NCBI GenBank assembly: GCA_964016885.1
Contig: OZ024741.1
Coordinates: 150,164,001 to 150,228,000 of the forward strand
Direction of reading: 5' to 3'
Source of the DNA: Eledone cirrhosa
Lineage: Eukaryota
Length of the DNA: 64,000 nt
This document shows positions 15,065 through 29,099 of this stretch, in pieces (within the stretch, counting starts at the first letter, position 1; the number at the start of each line of letters is the position of its first letter). Made by a program: the position numbers and the translations under genes. The notes under the pieces are model-generated. The model saw nothing but the letters and a program-made list of their open reading frames with translations. It did not search any database and was not told where the DNA came from.

Positions 15065-17720
15065 TATCTCTTTCTCTTAATTTCGAGTATATTTTTTGAC
15101 CGGCCACCTTCCTGGTGGCAAGGTTGTAAAAGAAAAGAAATTGTCATCCCTTGAATCGCAAGAATGTTTTGCAAATTTTGAAGGTGCCAGCTATCGCAGC
15201 CATTTGTAGACTATGAATTAGGGAGCTGCGCTTTTTGTCTGCAAATCCAAGTTCAGTCATACTTTGGTCCAAGCGGGTTGGTATATAACACGTAGCTCCA
15301 ATAATGATGGGTATGAAGCTAAATGTGTATCTTGAATACTGGATTTGTAAACTCCTCATCAATGGTCCGTAGATGTCCTCCTTCTCCTGCATTTTTCTGA
15401 CAACGTTTACATCAAGTGGGCAGCTGATCTCCACAACAGAACACGTTTTCAATGTGTGGTCCCAAACAACAATATCAGGCCGGTTGTGCTTTAATTTGGT
15501 GGCAGTTTTTATTTTTAGGTTCCACCAGTATTTCTTAGTGCCATCTATCTCAATATATTCTTCCTCGTTTGTTGTTAATTTTGTTTTCCGAAGTGCGTTC
15601 CAGATGGTTCTAGCTATCCCATCGTGTCTCATGGGGAGGTAGTAGCGAGATGACATTCTTTCGCAGCTGGCAACAATGTGGCTTACATCCTCGATCTTTG
15701 TTTTACATAGCCTACATTTATTGTCAGCTGCTGGCCCTCCTCTTTTGTGCAGCAGATATTTGGTAGGGAGTTCTTGTTCCTGTATTGCATAGAGATATCC
15801 CTCAAGGTGTGATGTCATAAACTTGTCAGAACTCAAAGCCAGGCTTTTTTAGTGGTTTATCCCCTCTATGGTCTGTGTTTTACGTCTCAAGTATCCATGC
15901 ACAACTTTTTCTGTAAATTGGTCAATTTTTTCATCTTGTTTGAACATTGAATAGGATATTCCGATTTCTCTGGGTGAGAGATGCATATCAGGCTTTATTC
16001 CATATCTCTCCTCCAGATCAGTCGCTATTCTAATATATATTTTTTTTCATGCTCATAAACCTGGGCAAGATGGTTGCCAACCTTTTTCCTCTGTTGAAGG
16101 TGTTGCTTCAGCGTTACTATCCGGGTCTCATATGTTGTTAATATGGATTTTAGACCCCGGCCACCTTCCTTGCGTGAGAAGTATAGCCTATCCACATCAC
16201 CATTGATGTTAAAGTTCCCAGTAACACTGAGAAGTTTGCGAGTTCTAACATCCATCTCACTTAGTTCTTGCAATGACCAGTTCAGCAGGCCAAATGTTGG
16301 CGTTAGAATTGGCACAGCATAAATATTGTGGGCAATGTATATGTTGTACGCTGACAGTTCTGATGACCATATTTTCTTTACTCTTCTGAGGTATTCAGTT
16401 CTGGTTCTCTCCTTATTTATGGGTCCATCATATCTGACATTCTCATCCTGTCCAATATATCTGTAGTTGTCACCTGACTGTAGCGGTTGTATTGTCAGGC
16501 CGTTCATCTCTAGATTTCTAGAGGAGGGCACAGCTCTTCTACGTTTTACTGCCAAATATTCACACTTGGACTCACCAAACTTCATTTTGATGTCTGTTGA
16601 AAATTGTGTAATGAGGTTCAATTGTTTCTTGATGTCATTGATATTTGGCCCATACAACTTCAGGTCATCAACAAAGAAAAGATGGGAGATACTTCTGGAC
16701 CCACTTCTTTGTCCACCTTGTTTCCTGAGTAGGTAAGATAGTGGATTCAGTGAGAGAACGAACAGTAGCACTGACAAGCTACCAGTTCTTGGTCAGGCGT
16801 TCAACAGCAGCTACCAATGGTTGTGGGACTTTAGCTAACTGTAAAGCCTTAATAATCCACTCATGAGGTACACTATCAAATGCTTTTTGATAGTCCAGCC
16901 ACACCACAGTCATGTTTCTGCGATTCTTTGTTGTTTTTTCCTGAATCATTTTATTAGTTAGTAGGTGATCTATGCAACCCCACACCTCCCTCTTTCCACC
17001 AGCTTGCTCAGGTGTTATGATGTTGTTGGTAGCACAGTGATCCTGTAAGAACAGGTTAAGGCACCCAGTATTTAATTTATACATGATGTTTTGGCAGGCT
17101 ATTGGACGGTAATTTTTAGCAAGGGTCGTTTGGCTATTTTTGGGAATGAGGAGAGTAGTGACAGTTGAAAACCATCTGGGCAGTTCTTGTGTGCCTTTAA
17201 TGGTTTCTGTAAACAGCCGTATGAGATCTTGCCAATAGAAAGTGAAATTCTTCAACCAGTATCCTGTAATGAGGTCTGGGCCTGGCGATTTCCTATTCGA
17301 TATTTTCTGTAAAGCTGTTTCCAGTATTGACCCATCTATGTCATATTGTTTTGTCTGGACATGTTGGCAGTAGTCCTGTTCCAGTTCTTTAGCCAATTAG
17401 TTTGTCTGTTGAAGCCGTCATCACTTTCCCATACAGATCTCCAGTAGCTCTCAACCTGTTCTGTTGAAGGGGTGTCATTTACAGGGATTGAGCTTTTGCC
17501 ACCGAAGCTGCGATAAACTGATTTAGGATCTCTGGCAAACAATCTATTTAGCACTTGTCGTTTATGTGCTGTTGACTTATATTTTAGTCTTTCTGTTGTA
17601 GCTGTGAGTTGTTTTAACTGGTGTAATTTCGTCTCTAACTTTTTTAGGTTTTCCTGGTGTCGTGTGAAGTTGCTCTCTATGTTGCATTTCATAACGACTG
17701 CGATGTGTGAGGTACTTCGT
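15065..17720 (-). mobile_element. R4/Dong-like RLE non-LTR retrotransposon, 5'-truncated (copy A)
   Basis: KSPGPD, YRPIAC, DYQKAFDSVPH, FVDDLKLY, DRLY..RKEGGRGL, CRLC..HIVASC, RHD, RPDIVVWD. Bounded by TATG repeats. Confidence 0.85.
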
Positions 17721-17833
17721 CTATGTATGTATGTATGTATGTATGTATGTATGTATGTATGTATGTATGTATGTATGTATGTATGTATGTATGTATGTAT
17801 GTATGTATGTATGTATGTATGTTTGTATGTATG
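17721..17833. repeat. (TATG)n microsatellite between the two R4-like elements
   Basis: Direct reading. Confidence 0.95.
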
Positions 17834-17834
17834 T

Positions 17835-20800
17835 TCTTCTGGTTTTATAATTTCACAAAGTTTTACCAATAGAGAGAGAGTCGGTTTCTAACATAGACAC
17901 AAGACTCTCTCATTGGAATTTACACAACATCAACTAGGTAGATATGTATGTATGTCTGCATGCATGCATGTGTAGATATGGATGTTATTGTATGTGTGGA
18001 TGTGTGTTTTGAGTTGTATGTGTGCATGTGTATATGCTTTGTATCTGTACATGTGTATATTCAGTTATTAGATGCAAGATTTTTGGAATGTTTTACATAT
18101 TTTTACTGTTCCATTAATGGATTGTACTTGTAATTTCCTAACTAGTTGTGTTCTTTCTGTTCCTGTGAAGCCTAGCTTCTCAAGATTTGTATTGAGGCAG
18201 TTACTAACATATCCCAGTGCCCCAATAATCACAGGCATAAATCTGAGGGTGTAATCAGAGTGGAGTATCTGCAGATTTTTCATCAGTTCTGCATAAATGT
18301 TCTCCTTTTCACTAATCTTTGATATTATATTGGCATCTGCTGGGCAGCTAATTTCCACTACTGTGCATGTTTTCTTCTCCCTGTCCCATATCATAATATC
18401 TGGTCTGTTATGCCTGCATTTTATTGGGGTTTTTACTGGAACATTCCACCAGTACTCTTTCATATTATGTACATGGATGTCTTCCACATTGTTGTAGCTT
18501 TTAATGTGTTTATTATCGTGGCTATCTTTTTTACGAACTGCATTGTACAGTGTTTTGGCCACTACATCATGCCTCATAGGTAGATAGTACCGCGATGACA
18601 TCTTTGGGCAGCTGCTGATGACATGGGTGATATCCTCGATGTTAGTTCTGCAGAGTCTGCACTTGTTATCACATCTAGGTGTTTTGCCTGCATCCCTATC
18701 TCTTTTGTGAATCAGTATTTCGTGCTAATCTCCTGTTCTTGGATTGCAAAAGCGTATCCTTCAAAGTGGGAGCCAATATAGCGGTTCTTGGTCCAAGATA
18801 GACTACTTTCCTTATCTATATTACTCTCACTCTGGAGCTATCTGGCAACATACCCATGCATGATTTTTTGCTGATGGGCATGCAGTTTTTCATCCATGGA
18901 TTCACTGCGATACTGCTGAGCGACATCCCTGGGTGTGAGTTTTTGATTATCACACAGGGAATATCTCTCAAGGAGTTCCTTCCCAACTCTCATGATCTTA
19001 TCTGTTTCATGCAGATAGACTTGCTCGAGAAGCGGGCCCCTACGCTTCGAGGTTCGTAGATGTTGTCGGAGAGATATGATGCGACATTCAAATGTTGTCT
19101 GGACTGATGTTAGGCCTCTGCCTCCCTGCTTACTTTTCAAGTAAAGGCGGTCTATGTCACTGTTGATGTGGAAGTTTCCGGTGTTGTTCAGTATTTTTCG
19201 AGTTCCAACATCAACTGCTCGGATTTCGTCTATCGTCCAATTGAATATTCCAAACGTTGGTGTTAGGACAGGCACAGCAAACACATTGTGAGCCACTGTT
19301 TTGTTTTGCGCAGAGAGTTCCGATGACCAGATCTTTCTTAATCGGGTGTAGTATTTCCTGGTTACGCGTTCTTTATTACAGATACCATTATAGGATATGT
19401 TCTCATCTATCCCCAGGTATCTGTAACAGTCCTCATCAGATATCGGTGAAACAGTTAGACCATTGATGACAATGTTGCTAGATTGGGTTGTTGTTTTTCC
19501 CCGCTATACAGTCATGTATGAGCATTTATCTTGGCCAAACTCCATTCCTATATCCTTTGAGAACGTTGTAACCAGGTCAAGATTTTTCTTCATCCCATCC
19601 ATGTTCTTGGCATAGAGTTTCAGATCGTCCACAAAGAAGTTATTTCTGTCCTCCTATGAGCCAATGATGTATCCCTCACATTTCTTGAGCAGAAAGGACA
19701 AGGGGTTTAATGACAAGATGAACAATATCACAGAGAGTCTGTCCCCCTGAAATATACCCCTGCAATATTTTATTTTATCAGTGAAAATAGAGTCCTCCTT
19801 CTCTGTCTTTAACCTTAGGATAGTAGCCCAAGAAGAAGACAGCCTCTCTATGGCTCTGACAATAATGTCTGGGACTTTAGCAAGTTGGAGGGCCTCTATC
19901 ATCCAAGAGTGGGGAACAGAATCGAAAGCTTTCTTGTAGTCCAGCCAGACTGTAGTCATATTCCTCCTAAGTTGTCGCACCTCCGACATCGCAGTTTTGT
20001 TGATTAGGAGTTGTTCAGCACATCCCCAAACCCTTTTCTTTCCAGCTGCTTGTTCATCTGTGATGATGTTATTATTTTCACAGTGATCTTGGAGGAATAG
20101 GTTGAGGCAGGCTGTATACATCTTATACATCAGGTTCTGGCATGCAATGGGTCGGTAGTTTTTTGCCATGTGGGTGTCTTTGTTCTTGGGGACCAGTAAC
20201 GTTTGTGCTAATGTCAACCATTCTGGTATAAGTGTATCTCCCTAAAGAACTTATTGCTAGAGGTCAGTAAGATACCTCCGATAGAATATTAGTTTTTTGT
20301 ACCAGTAGCTGACAATCATGTCTCTTCCTGGTGTTTTCTTATCTTGGAGTTTTCCTATCACAGTCTCAAGGGTACCCTCACTTATTTTGTATGTTTTTGT
20401 TGTAGTGTAGGAGCAATAGTTCTTTCGGATTTCTCTTAGCCACACTGCATCTTGGTTGAAATTCTTCTTTTCACCCCATATTTTTCTCCAAAAGGAATCT
20501 ATGTCTTTCTGGGATGGGGCCTCAATGACACTTATTATTTTGCCCTTCATATCTCTATAGACTGATGTTTGGTTTCGTCTGAATCTTTTATTAAGCATTT
20601 TTCTCTCATCTACCTTCTTCAGGTATCGGCGTTTTTCGTTAACAGCTCTCAATTCTTGTATGAGGGTGATCAGCTTATATTGGAGAGTTCTGGTTCTACT
20701 GTTACCAAACATCGTCTCTATTTTATTTTTCACTCTTTGTTGGTGAGGAGTGAGTTTTTTTGTGTTTGTTTGCATGTAAGGACCATTATCACATGTCCTA

Positions 20801-21765
20801 TGTTTTTTCGTAGGTCAGCACTCTTTTTTTCTATTTTAGTTATATGATGGTATTTTTGGTGGTGTTTTGTTCTTGTTAATATCTCTGCTATCACCAAGAT
20901 AATGCTTCACTGTCATTGCTAAGGCATATAAACAGGCGTTGATTTGCCAAAATGTTGGGGTTTTTATCTGTCGTAAATATTCATCCCCTATTTCGTCAAT
21001 AACACGTAGTATTTCATTATTTGGTTTTTTTATTCACCATTGTCATTTTAACACGTTCAGCCAGAGAGATATTTATACATGAGTTAATTTCTCTCTGGAA
21101 GATTTCGTTGAGGGAAATTTTCAATTGTTTATACTTTTGATTATCATTATCGATAGTATTTTCCACAACAGTCGAGGTAGACTCGGATGGTATACGTGGT
21201 GTCACATTTATTCGATTATTATTATTATTTCTTCGATTATTATTATTATCGATAGTGTTTTCCCCAGCATTCGAGGTAGACTTAGATGGTACAGGTGGTG
21301 TCAAGTTTCTTACAGGCATAGTTGTTTCAAGGCGCTGTTCGACCTGGCTGCTAGGAAGTCTGGTAGCATGGCGATCTGTAGCACGTGTTGTTGATTCCAT
21401 GTTTGTTGTGGGGGACTTACAATTAATAATATTTATCTTATTTTTACGTTCAACAAACGTCGCTTGTTGGCGTAATTGTTTCGCTGTGAAATAATTTAGC
21501 TCTGGGTGCATTTCGTCCCAGTGTAGGTTCATTCTATTCACATAGCCAATGGAGGGATTGTTTTTTGCCATTTTATAACAATTAAATAAATCATTATTAA
21601 GTTCGCAACTCCAAGAGAAATGCGATTTATAATTTCGGTTTCTTCTGTAGCTACAACTGAATAAAGTTTGATTACCTTCTTTGTTATTTGTCTTCGGTAC
21701 TTCCTTAATTTTCTTGTTGATGTTGTGTTCAGCCATGCTGTTTGTAGCAAATCCTTGTAAAATGA
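17835..21765 (-). mobile_element. R4/Dong-like RLE non-LTR retrotransposon, near full length and frameshifted (copy B)
   Basis: N-terminal Myb-like segment (WSCELN..GY..RM..HWDEMHPE..QLRQQ); RT (DYKKAFDSVPH, GIFQGD, FVDDLKLY); CCHC; RHD; RPDIMIWD. (TATG)n lies upstream at ~21768. Confidence 0.85.
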
Positions 21766-22360
21766 ATTATGTATGTATGTATGTTTGTATGTATGTATGT
21801 TGTATACATATGTGTAGTTCTCATTGTAAGAATAAACAATTATATTTTCAAGTATTCGAAGTACTCAGAAATCTGTATGAGAAATATTAATATTTAAAAA
21901 TCATGTGTGTGTACAAATATATATATATATATATACAATAGTACAGCATATTCGAAGTTCGATCAGCAGCCAAGCTAACGAATGCCTTCAGTAGTGCAGC
22001 CAAGCACTCGACAAGGAATAGATCTCAGAGTAATAACATACAGTTTAAAGGGCTTGCAAATTGAAAATAGCGACCGCTAATTCAGCCGCGTGATCTGTAG
22101 CAACGAAAGAACCGACTAGTGAGAAAAGCAAATATACACACACACACATACACACATACATATATATATACATATAAAAATATACATACATATATGCACA
22201 TATCTGTATATATAACATACCTGGATCGTCACTTGGAAATTACTGAATATCCAAGTGATGTTTCTGTAAATCCGAAATCAACAAAATCCGCTTGTGGTGT
22301 ATACAAGTTAGGTTTCTGGAAGATCGAACAGAGGAATATATATATATATGCATATATATT

Positions 22361-22413
<53 letters not shown>

Positions 22414-22549
22414 TCTATCTATCTATCTATATATATATAGTTATATATATATAACTATTAAGCTCTGTAACCTACATAGAGCACTCTTTTTTCCTGGACC
22501 TTTCCGACGGAATTACTTCATTTACACACATATATATACATATATATAC

Positions 22550-22754
<205 letters not shown>

Positions 22755-23905
22755 ATCTTGGGGTATCATATTACACGGGGTGACTAGCAGAAAATATATA
22801 TTCCATGCTATCGCGCACGCGCTGGCCTGTGGCTACGACCGTGTCCAGTCTCGGGTAGTAGCAGACAGCAGGTAGACCAGCTAGACACACCCCTGCTCAA
22901 GGGGCACAACCCCTAACTTATCGAGTGGTCAGACATCAAGGGAGTCAACTCTCCAAGCCCATTAAGTCAACCGTGGTAATATACAAAAAAATCCCTATTA
23001 ATAAGTACGGTAGTGTCATCAATAAGAATACTATCAAACTATCGTACTCAACAACCCCTAATCTGGCCTCACACCTAGCTAAGACCAATAAGAGTAAGAT
23101 GAAAGAGGGACTTAAGGCCATCCGAAATAGTGAACCACGCCAGTACACACGACAACACGGGACCAACCCACTGAGTGAAAGACCCAGGGGGATAACAGGC
23201 AATAAAACCGGTCCCACTAGGCAGCCCCGCGGCCGCTTGGAGGGACATGCACCCCAGATTGAGGAGCATGACCCTATTAGAAAGTGTAATTGCAGACGGA
23301 AGGGCAAATACCCACTAGCTGGACACTGCCTTATTAGGAACGTAGTATATGCATGTAACGTAACCACAGACACGTATACTAAGACGTATGTGGGATCAAC
23401 CGCTAACCAGTTCAAGACGAGATTCAACGCCCACCAGCATAGCTTCCGATATGAGAAGCTTAAAAATACCACGTCGTTAGCGGGGCACATACATAACTTA
23501 AAACAAACAATAACCCCCTACACACTAAGCTGGAGATGCCTTACTAAAGCTCCTCCATATAGCTCGTTGAGCAGGTTTTGTAGCCTGTGCCTAACTGAAT
23601 CTCATGCCATAGTATTCTCAGGAACAACTTGCTCAACAGGAGATCAGAAATCTTCTCGTCCTGCCCCCACACTATACATAGCTATTTCTTTTTCTTCAGA
23701 CCAGACACATAGCCCTGACCCCACCCTGTCCCGCACATGGCTGCCCCGCTGGCGAATAGGGTGCTCTTTAGTAACCCCGGCCGCATTGATGCCTCGGCTC
23801 CCCGATTGCCGATGGGGACTCTGGTGAGGAACAGTCGACCCTGTGTCCCTATTGCCAACCTGGGATTGGTGGCAGCATTGTTGCTGGGCACCCTGGGGGC
23901 AGCTG

Positions 23906-24162
23906 ATGCCTGCGGTGTGGTACATTGTGAGTGCCTGGACCCACGTTGACTAATCTGGGGAGGTGCCGTCGGAGATGTATGTCAACAAATTCGGGAACTT
24001 GCCCAAGGAAACAGTAACAGAACACCCAATATGGATGCCTGCGGTGTGGGACATTGTGAGTGCCTGGACCCACGTTGACTAATCTGGGGTGGTGCCGTCG
24101 GAGATGTATGTCAACAAATTCGGGAATTTGCCCAGGGAAACAGTAACAGAACACCCAATATG
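23906..24162. repeat. Two-copy tandem repeat of ~128 bp in the PLE 3' region
   Basis: gatgcctgcggtgtgg...acacccaatatg occurs at ~23906 and ~24034. Confidence 0.9.
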
Positions 24163-26441
24163 GCAGCCGCTCCCTGCCTATAACCAATCAACCCCCCCTC
24201 CCCTAATAAACCCCCGCCCAAATAGATGCCCCTCCCCATTCTCCCCCACTCACTTCTTTTGAGTTAGTTCTTCTTTATTATTAGTGGTTCTTTTTGAGTT
24301 AGTTCTTTATTAATAGGGATTTTTTTGTATATTACCACGGTTGACTTAATGGGCTTGGAGAGTTGACTCCCTTGATGTCTGACCACTCGATAAGTTAGGG
24401 GTTGTGCCCCTTGAGCAGGGGTGTGTCTAGCTGGTCTACCTGCTGTCTGCTACTACCCGAGACTGGACACGGTCGTAGCCACAGGCCAGCGCGTGCGCGA
24501 TAGCATGGAATATATATTTTCTGCTAGTCACCCCGTGTAATATGATACCCCAAGATTCCATGCATAAGATTCACCGAAGCATGCGCAGTCTTAACCGGGA
24601 GATGATAAACGAACTTGAAAATAACACAAGAGAGACCCTTTGGATAGCGTAGACGCCGGACCATACCCGCAAATATATACAGATCTGTCTTGAATATGCA
24701 TGGCCGACGCAATATGGATAACACGACCAACATCTAAGCTGGAACCGACCCCTACAACAAACAAAGAGGGGGCAGCCCTTCGCATTTGACCAGTCGCGTG
24801 TGTGCTTGGAGTTCGTAATATACCACCCCAGTCAAATCCACACTGGTTTTTTTTACCAATATAGCATGTAAACCAATACATCCTATGCAGCGAGACCTTG
24901 GATTTAGAACCGGTAGCGTGCAATCCCCGAAACTAAAAGGATCGAACGGACCACACCCAGCAACCACTAACTATTTGATCCACAGGTACATTTCCCAGAG
25001 AGTCCACGCAGCTGATAGTGAATCCCAGTTGATTCGTGAACTCTGAACTTTTAAACAAGACCAAATGTGCCTGGAGCTATGCAGATGACTACATACGCAT
25101 AATGGATATCGCGCCCACAAGGTCACCTGTATTGTTCATCCTGCTGTATGTGTGTAAGGTATCCGTGCGTGGGATATCCCTGAGTACATTTTCTTGACTA
25201 TCAATTGTTAATTGATTGTTTGTTAATTAGGCAGGAGTATACCATTATGTCTTTGTTAATCATATGTGATGCTGTATGTGTGTAAAGTATCCGAGAGCGG
25301 GATATCCCTGAGCTAATTTTGATTGACTTGTTTATTGATTTTTTGTTAATTAGGCAGGAATATATTATTATGTCTTTGTTAATCCTGTATCAATAATTTT
25401 ATAGTAATTTTTTAATCCTGTATCAATAGTTTTATGATAATTTTGTAATAATTTTATAATAATTTTATAATAATTTTGTGATAATTTTATAATAATTTTT
25501 TGATAGTACATTATTAGATTACTGAAGCTACCTTATACCTTCTTAAAAATACATTTTATAATTATTGTCTTTTAAAAATACATTTTATAATTATTGTCTT
25601 TTTGCTTATGTATTTTCTTACTTATCATTTTCTTTAATCTTGCCCAACTTGATAAGCTCTTTGAATTGCTCCCTAATTAAATTACTTAAATTATTTTATC
25701 TATTATACCTAAGTTGTATCTGTTGAAGCAGCCCTTTGAAAATTCCTCGGATATCCCAAATACCGTAATTTTTAACTTTTAATTTATAATTTTCCTCAAT
25801 TCGTTTATATATATCCTTAAAGGCTCTCTAAAATTTTAATTCTTCGAAGGGTCTTTCGGAGGAGGTTCCTATTAAAAATATTAAAGGGGCCTTTTCTGAG
25901 GGGTTTATTGAAGGCTTTTTGAATTAACCTTTAATTGATTAGTTTCTTTCAACTTAGTAGGGATTATCAAAACTTCGTAAATTTTCTGAAATTTTTTAAC
26001 GTGATCTCTGGGGAAGAAGGTTTTTTTCTTTCGAAAAAAATTTTTTCTCTCGAAGGAACTTCTTAGGAAACTTTATATTTTTTTAGGGAAACTTTATATC
26101 TTTATTTTTTTATTTTATTAGTCTCTTAATCTCTTCTAGTTTGTTAAGTTTATTGGGGCTTGTAAGCTTTATGCACTTATTGAGGGATTTTTTAAGGTGC
26201 TTCTACGAGATCCCAAGTCTTTTACTTTTAATGCGTAAATTATAAATTATCTAATTTTTAACCTTCAATCCCTGACTCTTAGGCCTTTTTCAAATTCTCT
26301 TAACTCCCCATAACCCAAGAGCCCCCTTAGAATATAGACCCCAAATATACAAGCGGAGCTGCTGATGTATACCACAATTTCAAACTGCTAGTCTTAAGTG
26401 ATACGTTGATGTAAATAATGAACTTACAATCACATGTTATA

Positions 26442-26488
26442 TGCCTTGAAAAGTCCCACCATATGGTCGGACGAAACGGCTGTCGGCA
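26442..26488 (+). ncRNA. Type I hammerhead ribozyme, U3-A8 core variant
   Basis: tgcc-TTGAAAA-gtcc(caccatatggtc)ggac-GAAAC-ggct-GTC-ggca, followed by aataaa. Confidence 0.75.
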
Positions 26489-26641
26489 ATAAACTTGTTA
26501 TAATGTCATAATAGTTCCTTTGTTCTTTTTCATTAATATTTCTGCTCTGCTTATACGCATAGAGCTTAACTAGCTACCGTCGCATACTTGGTAGGTCAGA
26601 CGTGATCATCGCGATTCACATACGACCTACCATACATCTTG

Positions 26642-26680
<39 letters not shown>

Positions 26681-26877
26681 CATGTATGAATATATTGGGA
26701 GAGATAATTTAGAAAATCTGTATTGTAATACTTCTAATTATTTTAGTGTAAGACTATAAGAACTGGAGGCTTTTGGGGATTCTTTTACAGTTGGAATTAT
26801 TAAACAATAGACATTGTTACTTCACCTCTTTCTCCTTTTCAAGTGAAGGATTTAATTACTGATATTCTCTAAACATA

Positions 26878-26978
<101 letters not shown>

Positions 26979-27094
26979 TTGTTATGCAAGGATTTTGATA
27001 TGAAATCGTGAAATCGTGAGTTGAAACAAATATTGTTATATTTGGTGAGGGTCATATTGTTATAATATTGCAAGAATAATAATAAAACACACTC

Positions 27095-27390
27095 ACTGTT
27101 TGGTTTGAGTTCCGTGTCTAATACTGGTTGTCTATTGTTCGGGTGTTTGGAAGGGTAGTCAAACGTTATACTCTGGTGTATGGAGCTAGCTATCTGCTGG
27201 ATGCTCTCCATTGTATTATTTTCTAGTTCAGGTTTATTGGTACTCTCTTGTGGGGGTGTTCTTATTACTATATTGATATCGTCTACGTAACGGGAGTACA
27301 TGACGAGAGCTATGAAGTTATCTTCTAGAAGTTCTCTGAGTCTCCCTTCCCACCATATCATAAATAGGTTTGGCAACATCGCCAGCTATG
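27095..27390 (-). pseudogene. PLE reverse-transcriptase fragment from a different clade (possibly Naiad-like)
   Basis: NLFMIWWE..YSRYVDDI..ITFDYPSKHPNNRQPVLD. Confidence 0.65.
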
Positions 27391-27449
27391 CTAACGCCAA
27401 TGGCTGTCTCCTCATTCTGGATGTGGTGTGTATATATATATATATGTAT

Positions 27450-27496
<47 letters not shown>

Positions 27497-28261
27497 GCTC
27501 CGGCTTGCACCATTTATGAAGGTTGTTGAACGCTTCTTTTTATCTGCTTCACAACCGACCGACCATAATGTGGTCAGTACATCCCTGGTCGGTTAACCCC
27601 ATATTCTAATTAAATGCTTCTATTAAATTGAGCGCTTTGCTCAAGCAATAAACAGGCGATGGCTTCATATGCTCTGCCCGAATTACACGGCACATAGCAA
27701 CGGACTGGACTTAAAAACCCACTTCATTTTGATTACCAGAGCTGACTAGAGGACCCAACTTATCCCACTGAACACTTAATGGAATTTAACCAGCAGCTAT
27801 CCATTGGAGTAAGAACACTTATGGGAAAGACCATCCTCCTCTCCCCCGATGCACACAAACTGGCAGACCAGTGAAACTCAATCTACAAACACTCTGAATT
27901 TGAACTCTATCCCAAGCCCTATAGCTGTGTAAATATTACTGAAACGATAACATTGAACTAGACGCATATACGTATATTTCCGATGACTTCTGTATTTAAT
28001 CCATTAGTCATTAAAATAATATATTTCAAGATCTAAATATCTTCCTGCAAACGAAGGCGTTCGTAAATAATGCGATACTGAAATATTTAGAAGGCGTATT
28101 AGCAAGACATTTTGTTACATATCACATTTAATCATAATAAAATAAATTATATAATTTTGTGGACACAAGCATACATATATATACTTATTTGAAAATATCA
28201 CCCCCCCCACACACACACGCACACACGCGCACACACACACGCGCACACACACACGCACACG

Positions 28262-28294
<33 letters not shown>

Positions 28295-28419
28295 TTGTTA
28301 GTACATACACATATATGCACATTTAAAGACACAAACATATGTACATATGTATATATATATATATACATATGTATATATGTATGTATGTGTGTTTAAATGT
28401 TCATATATGTATATGTACA

Positions 28420-28459
<40 letters not shown>

Positions 28460-28465
<6 letters not shown>

Positions 28466-28760
28466 AAAGTTTTATTTAAAATTGTTGGGTTACAACGAAT
28501 AAATATTTTATAACTGATATAAAGCACTCAACAAGTTTTGGAGTAGATATACGATATTAAACAAATGGAAACTATATTTATAAAACCATATTTATTTCAT
28601 TATACATATTTCAGGGATACCATATTAGAAATATGGCATGCCTTCTTCAGATAAAATACAATATATAAGCAGTTTTATAAATAAATTTGAAGTACCATGA
28701 GTATTGTTCAACTTCCATTTAAAAAAGTTGGTTTGGTAGTGAAATGTTTGTAAATATTTA
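28460..28760 (-). mobile_element. PLE 3'-terminal (pLTR) remnant with an HHR at ~28593-28659
   Basis: Homologous to 46460-46690. Minus strand reads tattttat-CTGAAGA-aggcatgccatatt..aatatggtatccct-GAAA-tatgtATA-atgaaata. Confidence 0.75.
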
Positions 28761-29099
28761 GTGTTAAGCACAGTTAAAAAAGAAAGACGGAGAGAAGGAA
28801 TAAATGTATGTAAAGAAAAACAGAGAGAGATAGAGAGAGATATGGGAGAGAGAAATAGTGAGGGGGTGAAAAATGAGAGGCAGCTGAGGCAACAGATGAA
28901 TAATAATAATAATAATAATAATTCATCATACAAATTGAGAGATTAAGGAGGGAGGGAGTACTGTAATTATTTATTTATTCATTTATTTAGTTATAGTGTT
29001 AAGGAGACGGAGAGAAATAAAAAATAAATAAAGAGAAAACAGCGATACTTAATTTTCTTTTATAGAGGGTGGAGAAGAAAGAGATATATCAAGAGAGAA

